A DNA stretch of 64,000 nucleotides, taken from contig NC_090412.1 in NCBI RefSeq assembly GCF_036365525.1, positions 6,800,123 through 6,864,122 of the forward strand, given 5' to 3'. Each line of letters starts with the position of its first letter. Positions within the stretch are counted from its first letter, which is position 1. Of the stretch, positions 37,901 to 52,900 are shown piece by piece. Position numbers and translations under genes: made by a program. The notes under the pieces were generated by a model. It did no database searches, was not told where the DNA came from, and saw only the letters and a program-made list of their open reading frames with translations. This stretch comes from Heterodontus francisci (Eukaryota).

Positions 37901-40900
37901 TTGTCCTAGAAATGGCAAACAAAAGAGTTAGTAATTCAAAACAAAACAAAAGAATCATAGCTTCTGACAAGGTAAAGTCTTAAAGGGCTTAATAGGGTAG
38001 ATGCTGTAAGGATGTTTGCCCTGACTGGGGAGGCTAGAATTAGCAGCTCACTGTCTCAGAGTAAGGGGTCAGCCATTTAGGATTGAGATGAAAAATTTCT
38101 TCACTCCAAGGGTTGTAGATCTTTGGAATTGTCTACCCAGAGGACTGAGTGCGCTCAGTTGAACACATTCAAAACAAAGATCGAGAGGATTTTTGAATAT
38201 TAAGATATGGGATAGTGAAGGAAGGTAGAATTGAGATAGATGATCAGTCATGGACTTAATGAATGGCCTACTCCTGCTCCGATTTCTTATGTTCTTTAAT
38301 ATGTAAAAACAAAATAGAAGCAGCCAGGTCAAAGTAGGTCTCCACAGACCTTCAGAGAGACCAATATGAATTTTGATGCACATTCCATCCTTAGTGGATC
38401 AATCCATTTACCTCATTCTCAATTACAGGTGTGAGTTAGATGGATGAATACCAGAAGTATCAGAAGGGCAGGGAAGAAAGCACCAGCTTGGCTGAAGCGG
38501 TCATACTCTTATCAAGGCAGAAGACTGCCAATTTGAGCCCTTTTCAGAACTTTAGCCAATAGCCTAAGCTGAAATTCCAACACAGTACTGAGGTAGCGCT
38601 ACATTATCAGAAGTCTCATCTTTTCAGGTAAAAGATCAGATGGAGGTCCTGTCCGCCTGTTCAGGTTGCATGAAAGATCCTGCAACATTATTGATGAGCC
38701 AAGGATTTTCCAATGTCATGACCAACATTTTTCCCAATCACCACCAAAATCAGATAAACTATTCAATTCAGGCACGTGGGATCTTTTTGTGAAAGAAATT
38801 CTTGCCTGCATGACAGTGGTCACGTTTCCTATTAATTGCAGATAATTTGGTATACTTCCTGAAGGCATAAGGTGCTTTTTAAATACAAGCTCTTTCAATA
38901 TATAACCAGCCCCCTTTTCCCAAGACTATAGTGCACACGAGTGTGTATCAACAGGCATTCTGACTTAGGGGAGGATGGCAGCCATGTCCACTGCCCCAGA
39001 CAACATAAAAGTTCAGCAGAGAACAAGAATCAAAATTCAGATCAACTTCTACTCTATGGTTCTGTTTTCTACTACATGGTACATTCATCTGTCAAGCCAG
39101 AGACTAATGGGCAATCTAAGAGGCAGCAATAAAATGGGATATGTTACATTCATGCAGTTGGGTCAGAGAGATTGGACCTAAGGAACAAGGATGGAGCCAA
39201 AAACAAGCATCTTACTCAAATTAACTTATGCTACACCAGCTAGGATTGCTCAATAGTAATTAGAGATGTCTCAAATGGAGAAGTGGTCCATTTCTTAAGA
39301 GTAAACATCCCTCACCTTGATGAGCACAATGTTACACAAACTTCATGAATATACATAAACTGAACATGTGGGTATAATTTCAAAATTGCAGCCTTGTGCA
39401 TTCAGATGACTTTTGTACTCTTCCCAACCTTTGATCTTATGGCTTTATTTAACCCCTTCAGGTTGTTCACTTTGTCATCCCCAGGGATTCACCAATTTCT
39501 TTACATTGCTCAATAAGTATTCCCATAAAGCTGAATGAGTGTAGCTATGGTTATTTCTACAAACCCCATGTTATAATTCAAGGATTATGCCTAAATAATA
39601 GGAACTCTAAGTGATGGCTTCAGAGCTGTACAGTAGCTTCCCATTGTGAAGATCCAATACATTATACCTCCTCTACCTCTTCCTCTTCCAGTGGCTCCAC
39701 CTCGGCCTCCCCACTGCTGCTGCTGGTACACTTCCTTAGGTTGGGCCAATTTGATTTCAACCTTTGGGGAAAAAAAAAACACAGCAGCAATTAAACATTA
39801 TATGGAAACACATTAGAACGTAAGTAGGATTATATAGACAAATCGTTGCATCTTCACTTATTCCTGATATGAGGAATCTATGAAATATCTGACAAGGTAG
39901 CATATGCATTTGTTACACAATTACCATAACTGCAAAAAGTGCCACACCTTGCTTGTTCCAACATCATGAAACTTCTTCTCCATTATTGTCTTCACTGGAT
40001 TATCCTCTTTGAATGTGATGAAGCAGAACCCTCTTCTCTTGTTGGTCTTCGTGTCCATAGGGAGTTCAATAGATTCAATCTATGAAGTAAACAAAACTAA
40101 TTATATTGCCTAAGTAAATTTCAATGAAGAAGTCACAGACCTGAAACGTTAACTCTGCTTCTCTCACCACAGATGCTGACAGACCTGCTGGGTATTTCCA
40201 GCATTTTCTGGCTTTATTTCAAATTTCCAGCATCTGCAGTATTTCATTTTTTTAATTTTATTTATTTTTTTTAATTTAGAGATACAGCACTGAAACAGGC
40301 CCTTCGGCCCACCGAGTCTGTGCCGACCACCACCCACCCATTTATACTAATCCGACATTAACCCCATATTCTCTACCACATCCCCACCATTCTCCTACCA
40401 CCTACCTACATTAGGGACAATTTACAATGGCCAATTTACCTAGCAACCTGCAAGTCTTTGGCTGTGGGAGGAAACCGGAGCGCCCGGCAGAAGCCCACGC
40501 AGTCACAGGGAGAACTTGCAAACTCCGCACAGGCAGTACCCAGAACTGAACCCGGGTCGCTGGAGCTGTGAGGCTGCAGTGCTAACCACTGCGCCGCCCT
40601 TCTTTTAGTGTTTGCTTCCATTTCAAACTACTACCCAACTATCAGGAAATATATGACTTCAAATAATATGCCATCCGATTTAATTTCCTGTAGAAAAAAG
40701 GACCTAACCTGTACTAATGACAGCACTGAAAGCACTCCATGAGGAGCGCTTACAACCAAACTCAAAATTCAAACAGCTTTAGAACAGAGAAATATGGACA
40801 TTTTAAAAGGCAAGTTAACCCACACAGCTCCCAGTAAAACAAAACTCAGTAACAGCACCTGGGAACATTTGGGGAATGGTTGGGACTTTGGAACTGGGCG

Positions 40901-43900
40901 AAAACGACCTAACAAAAATTAAATACGTTTAAAATCTTCACACACCTAAAATAATCATTCAAGTTTCCAGATTAGAAGACTCATTTTTCAATTAATATAT
41001 GTACTACACAAAATATATCTACATATAGAAAGAATAAACCAAGGTCTTACCTCTCCAAAAGTTCCAAAATATTCTCTCACTTTTTCTTCTGGACAGTCAG
41101 GGTCCAAACCACCAACAAAGATCTTCTTTATTTGCTCTTTGCCCTTCATAGCCTGAGCTTTCTTGGGATCAATAACTCTCCCATCAAGTTTGTGTTCCTT
41201 ATTCAATACCTGAATGTTAAAAAAACCCGACTAATTTACACTGCATTGGTTGAATGGATCATACTTCAGTCAGCAAGCTAATATTTTATTTGAACTAGTC
41301 AAAATTAAAATACAAACCTACAAGTGAAATACTTTTAATCATAAATCTGCAAGATTTGTAATTTTATCAATTTTAATAGTTCCTCTTCAAGTAAATGAAG
41401 ACCTGTGATATTAACTCATGCTTGAAGGTTACTGACTAAATGTACTTCAATATATATTTGCAACGTCATACATCAAAGCCCAGCATCCTCAATACTGATC
41501 TGTCAAATAAAGTCTATCACTTATCAATTTGTGTTAAAAACAATTATTGAAATTCACGTGTTAAAAATAGAGATGCAATAAAGTAGAATTAAGTTTCAGT
41601 ACTACCCAAAGCTTCAGCCCTAAGTTTAAGCAAGCTTGGGTTTTTCACAGCCAGTTTTCCCCTCTTTGGTTCTGAATATTTAGGCAACGTGAAGCTTCAA
41701 AGTAAAGGACATGATTATCACAAAATAGGGTCATGCTATCTTTTTCACATGACTAGGTTAACAGAGTAATGTCATGTAAAAGTTGTTACCTCTAAGGTTA
41801 GCATATAGTTTGCGCATGCATAGCAAATACACACAACTAGCGAGACCCATCAGCACATTAAAAAGTACTTAACCTGACCTGAAATAATACTTTATTTTAA
41901 AAACAAATTTTAAAAGTAAATCACTGTTATTGTTGCCCAGAAATCAAGTTTAAGGCTGTTATGCATTTAAGGCAGTCTATCTGAAGTTACTTTGAGAAGC
42001 ACCAAATTTCTCTGATGAATGAAATGATGTGTTTGAGGGTAAGATAGTGTTGGCCGAGCATTAACACCTCATTTTACGTGGTATGGGCCCTGGTGAATTC
42101 AGTGTCATCTGATCTTCAAGGTCAGTTGTAGCATGAAAGACATCCCCATGCACTAAATTACGGCCCGTCACTCTGCTCCCGTTTCATCTAAACTCTGAAT
42201 TGATCATTTGTATCATCACCCACAACTTCTGAAGATCTATGAAGAATCAACTTTCTATTTCAATCATTTGAGGATGGATTTCATCTTTCCTTCAAGTATC
42301 ACAATTTAGTAACCCATCAAGCCTTGCAGCTGCCACATATTATTCAATTTGATCTTTAACCAATCATCTTCAGCTACTTCCCACCCTTATAAGGCAGGAA
42401 TGGGGCCATTTGCTAAGGATTCCATTCTTCAGTTTCAGTTACAACTACTCCAACAATGAAGCAGTCTATGCCAGCCTGTTGCAGGACAATATCCAAATTT
42501 GAGCAACGTCAAACATTCACACCACGTGTGCTAGGCAATGACTATTTCCAATCTGATCTTCAATGGGACTAACCACATCTTGGAGTCACCAATGATAAGA
42601 TTAACTAGACCAGCCATATCAATGTTCATTGTACATCAATTGCTTGTAACGTTTCACCCTGTAAATAAATGTCAGATTCAGTAAAGATTGGCTCCAGGAT
42701 TATGCTTCATGAACTGACTTTCTGGATTATAAACAATCAATACCTCAGCTACAAGAACAGGACAGAGTTTGACATCTCTGCAATGAGTGACTCACCTCCT
42801 GAGCTCAAAGCCTCTCCACCATCTACAAAGCTAAACTCAAGAGTCTGGAGTACCCATCAGTCATCTGGATGGGAGCAACTGCAACAACACTAGAGAGATT
42901 CAACACGATCCAGGGCAGACCAGTTTGCTTGATGGCCTTCCCTGCTACTGGATTCCATTACTGGCACACTGTGACTGCAGAATGCACAAAGCAGTCTCCA
43001 ACGTTACTTTGAAAGCATCTCCCAGTCCCACAACCAATGAGACCATCACTTCCAAGTCACAGAACAACCTGACATAGTGCCATCACATTAGTCATGTTTC
43101 AAAATCCTTTGGAATTCCCTCGCTGACAATATTTTAGTCATTGGCCTCCCTGTGTAGCACAGGGGGTTATTACATCCTGTGCTAACCTCTGCACATGCTT
43201 TGAGCCCACCATGGCCTAAAGAAAAAAGCAGCATGGTGCTCCTCACTTGAGGCATGCAAGCTTCCTTGTTTATATGGGACCTACTGCCTTCAGAGGTTGT
43301 GCTATAATATAATGGAATAGAAATGATAAATGGCCAGCTGCACTTATTTGGGACTCAGCAGCTCCACAATTTTCTCATCCATTTCAAGTTCAAAGGTATG
43401 AAATGGGTGCTGACATATTGTATGTGTTAGCAATTTGGATGATACATGCAACTGTTTGCTAAACAATATACGCTATTAAATTCTCAAGTAGAATACATTA
43501 ACAGAATACAACTGTTTACTGTGTTTAAGCATACAATTTCCTTGCATCATATTCAACTCATTTTTCCTACATCTTTTACATCACTTCCCTAAAATAAGGG
43601 GTTCAATCAACAGTACGTGTCTCCCCCAGCTTCCCCCCACCCGGCTCAACCCCTTCTATGTACCTCCGCAACAATGTTTTGCTGCTGATTGTTTTAAACA
43701 AGTTTTTGGATCAGGTTTCAATACCAGTTCCAAGTGCAATGGCTATAATGGCCACAAGGCTGCCATGTCACTTAGAAAAGCCGATGTTTCAGAAGAAACT
43801 GACTCGTCATAAACAATACTTCTGTGGCTGAGCCATCAAAACGTACTGTCCAGACTCCTTGCACTTTGTGGCATGTTACCAGAAGGCTTTCGGCAGCTAC

Positions 43901-46900
43901 ATAAACCGCACGAAATTGCCACCATCAGGAGAAGTGTTGAAAGAATTACTGAGCACTGGTTACTGAACATCGAAACCCCATAACCTTACGCAAACAGTTC
44001 AAATAAGGACTACTGTAGTTAACCAATGAGTCAAAGTCTTGAAGGTTGGAATGAGGAAGAATCCTATAATGATAAAAAGGTCCAAAAGCCATGCCTTCCT
44101 GACTAAACAACAGTGTAAAGGAGACAATATATGAATTTTCTTATATTCATTCACACTGCGATTACAAGGTCATACTGCATCGTGGTAGTTCCTATACACT
44201 TCTGCACTGTTTTGAAACTTGAAGAAGTCAGTCTTCAAACTTATAGCTCTCAGCTAGCATTTACAGCTTTCTGCCATTTTAATACACAAATATTTTTACC
44301 TTTCCTTTTTCAGTCTCCCAAACCTTACTCTGGTTAAGCCATCCTGTCCTCAGGCCTTTGCCATTTTGCTCCGAGGTGAGATTACGACACCAATACTCAT
44401 CGCTTCAGTATTCTTTCCAAGGAGGCATCAAGCTAATTTAGTTCCTCCTTGTGCAGCAACACTGAGACCATGATCTACATTCAACCACAGAATATCAAGA
44501 GTTCCAATAGATTAACCTACAGTGTCAATTTGGTGTAGTGTTAGTACTCAACACCTCTGAAGTCAAAAAGTCTGAGTAAGTCTCAATTCAGGACCTGAAA
44601 CCAAGCTAGGCCAATACATCAGTACAGTACTGAGGGAGTGCAGCATCAAAGCTGTCTCCTTTTAAACCAAAACCCCAAACGCCATTCAGCTGGATGCATA
44701 AATCACTGCAATATTTTGAACATTTCTCACTCATCTACTACCATCTCACTGCGCAAATTGGCCATGATGTCTGGCATAACCCAGTGGCTGATATACACTG
44801 TGGACAGGATATACAGGCCTTGGAGGGAATGGGGTGCAGATTATCCTGAATGATATCAGACCTGAAAGGGATATATCAGGAGCACAGATTGCATAAATGT
44901 TAGTATTTTTGAATTTTGATGGTTGAGAAGTAATCTAATTAAGATGTTCAAAATGATAAAAGGAATACGATAGATACAGGGAAACTTTGTGGTGGAATCC
45001 AGTACAAGCAGGCATAATCTTAGAACTACAACTCAGGACGTTAGGAATGAAATCAGGAAGGATTTTTTTTTTCCACACAGAAGTGGGAATCTGGAACCAT
45101 CTCCCCCAACAAGTTGTGGATCCTGGGCCAATTGAAAGTTTCAAGACAGATTTTTGTTTGACAACAGTAACCAGGGATATGGAACCAAGATAAACAAATG
45201 AATCTGAGGTACAGATCAACCCTGAGGCTGAACGGCCTACTCCTGTTCCTATGTCCCGAGAATGCAAGAAGCTATATGAATTCAAGTTTGCTTCTATTAC
45301 ACGACTTTCTGCATCTATCAGATAGGAATATAACTGGCTGTCAGTGTTCTCGTAAATATTGTTGGAGAAAATCATGACATTAAATGTCATATCATGGCAG
45401 TAAATTCCAATTTATCCAAGTGTTGGATAATGCCAGTTAGAGTATTAGCACATTGTATCACAGATTGGCACGATGCATATTCCTACCACAACTACACAAA
45501 ACTTCAATCCAAGCCTTATGATTCATGAGGGACTCTTTCCTCCCCGTGCTGAACATAATCTTTATTTATTTTTTATTTTATTTTTATTTAGAGATACAGC
45601 ACTGAAACAGGCCCTTCGGCCCACCGAATCTGTGCTGACCATCAACCACCCATTTATACTAATCCTACATTAATCCCATATTCCTACCACATCCCCACAA
45701 TTCCCCTACCACTTACCTACACTAGGGGCAATTTATAATGGCCAATTTACCTATCAACCTGCAAGTCTTTGGCTGTGGGAGGAAACCGGAACACCCGGCG
45801 AAAACCCACGCGGTCACAGGGAGAACTTGTAAACTCCGCACAGGCAGTACCCAGAATCGAACCCGGGTCGCTGGAGCTGTGAGGCTGCGGTGCTAACCAA
45901 TGCGTCACTGTGCTGCCCTAAAAAAAAACTAAGTCTTTCGAGATCTGGTCCCCAATCCAAATAGTTCAGTGAGCAGTATACAGCACCAGTTATACTTTTT
46001 CACCCTCACAGGCCCCGGGGCCAACGTTCCCAAACAAATTCTAAAAATTGCATTCACAAGCTTAACCATACAAATTTCATTCTGTGTCACTACCTCAGGG
46101 TATACTCGCTCTTTACAATGAGCGCATGTACTGGAAAGAGACAGAAAAACAAGGAAATAGCTAACTATTTCCCAACATCTATACTCCCATTGAGAATCTC
46201 AATTACAGAGGGCAGTCTTTTTTTTTTAAATCTGAGCTAACTGGATTTTATGCAGTGAATGGCAGGTTTTAAAAAAGAACTACGTTTAAGATTTGTTCAG
46301 AACCATTATCATTCAATTGTCAGACAAGCAACTCAGCTGACCAGGAGGATTATCAAATCTCACCCTACCCAACCATGGCGGAGAGCGCAGCTTGGTATTT
46401 CGGATCGAAGGAATCTCCAAGTGGTTGACAAATGCAACACATGGAAATAAGTGCCCCCTTCAGATCCCTCTCAAGCTGGTCAGTCTAAGAATTGCAGCAG
46501 CCTCACCTTGGCAGCCAAACAGTTGTGGGTTCACACTCCACTCCTGGACTTGTGCACATGACCTGAAGTACTGCATTGTTAAGAGGTGTCTTTCTTCAGA
46601 TGAGACATTCTCAAATTGCCTGAAGATAAAGTACTCGCCAAAGAGAAGGGAGTTCTAGTGGTATTGCGGTCATCAATTCTTCCTCAACCAACACAAAAAC
46701 CAGATTACTGATCATTCATCTCACTGCTGTTTGTTGGAGCCTGCCACAAACAAAATGGCAGCTGCATTTGCCTACAAAGAATCACTGCACTTAAGTATAG
46801 TGAAGTAATTTGGATGCCCTGACATATAATGCACTATATAAACGCAGTTTTATTCCTTATTGCTTGAATGATTTGCAGTGCAACACCACTCTACAGGAAA

Positions 46901-49900
46901 ATGGGAAATCTGATGAACAAGTAGTATGATACAATCATGCAGCTCAAGTGGCTTTGGAAGAAGCCCAGGAGCAGCTTGACTGTCCAACTTCTTGGGTAAA
47001 GAATGGTGTTGACATCAGTACACCTGAAAAAAAGGGAGAGAAAATAAAATGGAAACCAAAAGCCCTGCTATTCAACCTTATGCAGTGTCACATTTGAGTC
47101 GTTTCACAAAGTAGTTAGGATTCCTCATTTAACCTGGATAAAGTCAGGTTAAAAACTGGCAGTGAATTCCGAATCCTACCTTGTCTACACTTTCAGGATC
47201 CTTGAAGAGGATAAACCCAAATCCTCGCGAACGCCCAGTCACAGGATCCATTTTGATTACGCAGTCTACAATCTCTCCATATTTAGAAAAGTAGTCCCTT
47301 AAATCTTTCTTGCTTGTTTCCCAGCTGAGTCCACCAACAAACATCTTCCTGCACAGTGATAATATAAAAAGGAAGGGCAAATCAGTTTTAAAAACAGCGC
47401 CAGTACAAATATAGTAACTTAGGTCTGGTTGTGGGACAGCATTGCCAATGTTAGTAGTCTCCTCCACTGCCACCTCAGTGCAACCTTAACCTTTGGCTAT
47501 GAGGAGAATGCCCACTTTGTACTTCCTCTGTTCTGGGTCTCAAGCTAACATCTCCCATGTTTCATTACCTAGATGTATGGGCTTTTCTTCAAACTCCACA
47601 TGGCTATTCATTCTGCAGGGATTAAGACCAGGCCATAGATCCTTCTAAGACCTTTGCAACAGACACTTTCCCCATAGTTTAAGGACTTCTGAGTTGTATC
47701 CTCAGAGTGCTGACCATGTCCTGCACACAAACAAAGCCTGCTCCAAGTAGGTCGAGAGTATTGAGGAGCTGGTATGGTGGAAGCTTTATACATGGAGTTG
47801 AACTACATTCACGGAGTGCAGGCAATACTTGCAGGAGGTAAATTATTCTTTACTCAATCACACATTATAATAGAACAGACCAAAATAGTGCAAGGACCTG
47901 GAAAGAAGATTCTGAGAACCTAGGTTCAAAGTAACACTGAACTCTGCAAATTCCTTATACTCTGCAGCGAATTCTAGATAATGCATGTGACGATATGCAC
48001 ATTTCGGTTAACTGCTGTGGATAGCATTTTGTGAAATCTTCCCTGTATTGTCCTTGAGGTTACTACTGCCTAACTGGACTTTCACTTTGTTTAGTGCTTC
48101 CTGGCTATCCAAAGAGTAAAAGGACCCAAGTTCTTAATAGCCAGTTCACTAATCAATGCTCAGTGATGGGTTTGCCTCTGGTTCCAATCCTGCTACCAAA
48201 ATATTCCCTGGATTGACAAGTATACATAGTTTATTTCCATGGCTAAAGCTCAGAACAAAAGATTTTCCAAAGATAGCTGATGAAAAACACTGTACAAAAT
48301 TACTGAAATGACTAAAAATCAATTTTTAATCAGAAACTTATCTTTTAACTGTAGTTTTGGCATGTCAAACATAAGCTACTGGGACCACCAACAAAGTTTG
48401 CTAAATCCAGCTTTACAAAATAGTGCCACTGGTGTGATAATCGTTTGGATCCAACACTAGACTTGTTTAGAATGAGACTCAATCTTGGAGTTAGTTAATA
48501 GACAGCAAGCTTAATTACAAGTGCAAACCCAAGTTGGCAAGCCTGCATCCAATGATTCAGAGCAAGGAAACCACTGCTCAAGAAGTGCCTCTAAAAGGAA
48601 GAACACCCAGCCATTAACAAGTGGGCTGGCTGTCATACAAAAGAATTGCAGAAATTCATGAAGCTTTTCAATGCCTATTTACTTAGCCGAGATACATCTC
48701 TGAAAATGCAAGCTCCAGTACTGTAAATTTTCAGAATCCATGCTTCGAGTTGAAAGTCAGCCAATAAAACTAGAGTTCAGCCTTCTATTCATATTAAACT
48801 TATTCCTGTCTCCAACACAGGCAATAACAAGGGAGAGAACAAAGTGAAACAATTTTAATAAATGCTCATACAGTATTGCAGTGAAATTAAAATAAAGATC
48901 AACAGGTTTTTTTTCTCAATTCACTTAGGGGACATGAATGTCATAGGCAACACCAGCATTTACTGCCCATCCCTAACTGCCCTTGAGAAGCCACTGTGGT
49001 GTAGGTACACCCATAGTGCTGTTAGGGAGGGAGAAAGAGGAGGATAAAGATGATTAGTGGAGAAAAAAAGAAATGGAATAGAAACACAGAATAGGAGTAG
49101 GCCATTCGGCCCTTCAATACGATCATGGCTGATCATCCAAACTCAGTAACCTGTTCCCGCTTTCTCCCCGTATCCCTTGATCCCATTAGCCCCAAGAACT
49201 ATATCTAACTCTTTCTTGAATATATTTAATAATTTGGCCTCAACTGCTTTCTGTGGTAGAGAATTCCACAGGTTCACCACTCTCTGGGTGAAGAAATCCC
49301 TCATCTCAGTCCCAAATGGCTTACCCCTTATCCTTAGACCGTGACCCCTGGTCCTGGACTCGTCATCGGGAACGTCCTTCCTGCATCTAGTCTGTCCAGT
49401 CCTGTTAGTACTTTGCAGGTTTCTATGAGATCCCGTCTCATTCTTCTAAACTCTAGCGAATACAAGCCTAATCGACCCAATCTCTCTTCATTCGTCAGTC
49501 CTGCCATCCCAGGAATCAGTCTGGTGAACCTTCACTGCACTCCCTCCATAGTAAGAACATCCTTCCTCAGATAAGGAGACCAAAACTGCACACAGTACTC
49601 CAGGCGTATAATTGCAGCAAAACATCCTTGCTCCTGTACGCGAATCCTCTCACTATGAAGGCCAACATACCATTTGCCTTCTTAACTGCCTGCTGCAAGG
49701 CCATAGGGTTTGTTTTTCATGTTGTAGTAAATAATTTAGAATTAATGTATACTACAGAGTTATGCAATGTCCAAGTGGCTTTCAAAATAGTTTGCATGCC
49801 CCATGTTGTAAAACTGCTTCAAGTATTCAGAATTCACCCTATTCGTATTGCAGCATGGATTTAAACGCAAGAACTTGAGGCATAGTCCAGTACTGGGACC

Positions 49901-52900
49901 TCAATGGAGCAAAAAGTGTCAATACGTGAAATGAGAACATAATCATTCGGCTCAGGCATTAGAAAAGGGTACTGAATGGGGACTTATATTGCTGCCCTCC
50001 CAAACTCCATTCTACACAAAATTCAACTTGTCCAGAGAACCCTATCCCACATAAAAACCTGCTCATCCATCATCTCGGTCCTTGCCAACCTCCACTGGCT
50101 CTATGCCCTGCTGCATAGCAATTTCAAAATCCACCTTCAAATCCCATGGCCTCACCACTCCTCATCTTTGTAACACTCTCCAGGCCCAAGGGCTTTTACA
50201 CACCATCCACTTTTCTTACGCTGGTCGACTCTCTTCTCTCCTCTGGCCCCCAATCTACTATTGTGACAGAGTTACAGCCATCTTTTCCTCACTCTGGGAA
50301 CGTCTTCCCCACCCACTCCCAACCACCCAATCCCTTCAATCTTGTTGCACCTCTCTCCACTTTCAACTTAAATTGCCTTGGGAATTTTTGCTACATTCTA
50401 AGTTGTTGCTTTTAGCATCCACTTTCTTCCATTCAACCCAATCATGGTAGACACAAACATGGTGCCTGCTTACAGCAACTACCATACCAAGTTCAGGTAT
50501 ACTATTGATTTCATCTTGCAGCAGTGTAATCACCTACGCAGGATAGCTGGTGATGTCTCCATTTATCTCAATGCTCTAGAAATCAGAATTGATTTGCTCT
50601 TAACTTTGGGGTTCTGCACCAGACATAGACATCAGCATAATCTAGGTCCTCATGCAAGGTTCTTTCTCAAAGAGGTATGTTCGCAGCAAGGCTAACTTCC
50701 CATCTTCAGGCTCTGCAGTGACAGAGCGGTGTGGACCAGAACCCTCCCTGCAATAATTTCGATGAGAGTGGCCAAATCGAACGCAGGGCTCTAGAGTTTA
50801 CTATTAGATGGAAGGCAGTAAACTTCCTGCCAGCACTGCATCCACACCATTGACTGACAGCTAAAATCTGAAGATTAAGTGACAAACATTAAAACTAGGC
50901 AGACAAAGTTATCTTCAGCCAAATCTATCTAGAGCGAGCACTCGTGAAAGCAAGGATCCAACCAAAGTGTGTATATATTATTTTAGAATTTACAGCAGCT
51001 GCAGACTGCTCTGATGGAATGCACAGTACAATTGTTCTCAGACTGCAGGTGCCACTGGCAAGGCTGTATTTATTGTCCAGCTCCTGTACAACTAGGTGGC
51101 TTGCTAGGCTATTTCAGAACACATGTAACAGAGTCAGATGTTAACCAGACCAGGTAGGGTGGCAGGTTTCCTTCCCTGGGGTTTACTTCTTTTAAAAAAA
51201 AATACAAATAGAGTTATTTTCCAGACCACAAATTAGATTGATTGAATTCAACTTTGCCTCAGAAGGATGAGAGTTCTGGACCACTAGGTGGCCAGTCTGA
51301 AATCAACCATGCCACTGCTATTCACCCATTCAAGTTAATACCATTATCTCAAAATTTCCCTGCTCAGAGAAAGATGACCACTAAGGGAATCTTTCCAAAG
51401 GGCAAGAAACCCCTTTGCATGCACTAAAGTCAATCAAATATTGTGGCACCATCTGTGTCAGTTTAAGCTCAGTGGTGAGGATACTTCTAGAAATGATAAT
51501 TTGGGACAAAGTTAATAGTCACTTGGGCAAACGTGGGTTAGTTAGGGAAAGACAGAACAGATTTCTGAATGGTAAATAGTGCTTAAATAACTTGAATTTC
51601 TTGATGAAGTAACAGAAGGTTGATCAGGGTAATGCTGTTGATGCACATGGACTTCCAAAAAGCATTTGATAAAGTACCACACAAACTTGTGAGCAAAGTT
51701 ATAGCTCATGAAATAAAAGGGATAGTAGCAACATGGATATGAAATTGGCTGAGTGACAGGAAACAGACAGTAGTGGTTAATGGATGTTTTTTAGACTAGA
51801 GGAAGGTTTGTAAGAGTTCCCCAAGGGTCAGTGTTGGGGCCCTTGCTTTTCCTGATATATATTAATGACCTAGACCTTGGTGTACAGGGCACAATTTCAA
51901 AATTTGCAGATGACATGAAACTTGGAAACATTGTGAACCGTGAGAATAGTGTAGAACTTCAAAAGGACAGATAGGTTGGTGGAATGCGCAGACAAGTGGC
52001 AGATGAAATTTAATACAGAAATGAGAAGTAATTCATTTTGGTAGGAAGAACACAGACAATATAAAATAAAGGGTACAATTCTAAAAGGGGTGTAGGAACA
52101 GAGGAACCTGGGTGTATGCGTGCATAATTCATTGAAGGTGGCAGGACAGGTTGACAGAGCAGTTAATATAGCATACAGTATCCTAGGCTTCATTAGTAGT
52201 GAGACAGAGTTAAAAAGCAAGGAATTTATGTTACCTTGTATAGAACACTAGTTAGGCCTCAACTGGAGTATTGTGTCCAGTTCTGGGCACCACACTTTAG
52301 GAAAGGTGTGAAGACATTAGAGAGAATGCAGAAAAGATTCACGAGAATGGTCCCAGGGATGAGTAAATTCAGTTACGTAGATAAATTGGAGAAGTTGGGA
52401 CTCTTTTCCTTAGAGAAGGTTGAGAGGAGATTTGATAGAGATGTTCAAAATCATGAGGGGTCTGGACAGGGTGCATAAGGAAAAACTGTTCCCACTGGTG
52501 GAAGGATCGAGAACAACAGGGCACAGATTTAAGATAATTGGCAAAAGAAACAATGGTAACATGAGGAAAACCTTTTTCATGCAGCGAGTGGTTAGGATCT
52601 GAAATACTTTGCCTGAAAGTGTGGTGGAGGCGAGTTCAACCCAGGCATTTAAGAGGAATTGGGTTGTTATCGCAAAAGGAAGAATGTGCAGGGCTATGGG
52701 GAGAAAGCAGGGAAGTAGCACTAGATAACTTGCTCTTTCGGAGAGCCAGCACAGACATAACTGGCTGAATAGCCACCGTCTACATTGTAACCATTCTGTG
52801 ATTCCATATATGCTCAAAGTTCTACTCTCATCAACAAGAATTTAAGGCAAACAGCAAAGATTACCAATGAATTTATACAAACAATTCCTAATCCAGAGAG

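Noticed and set aside
37661-37909. Hydrophobic, TM-like plus-strand ORF ([16 protein letters not shown]...)
   Set aside because: Antisense shadow of the Tyr/Gly/Asn-rich hnRNP exon.
47569-47720. Possible exon encoding [12 protein letters not shown], faintly like AUF1 exon 2
   Set aside because: Its phase is incompatible with the exon 1 donor, and it hits a stop codon in the required frame.
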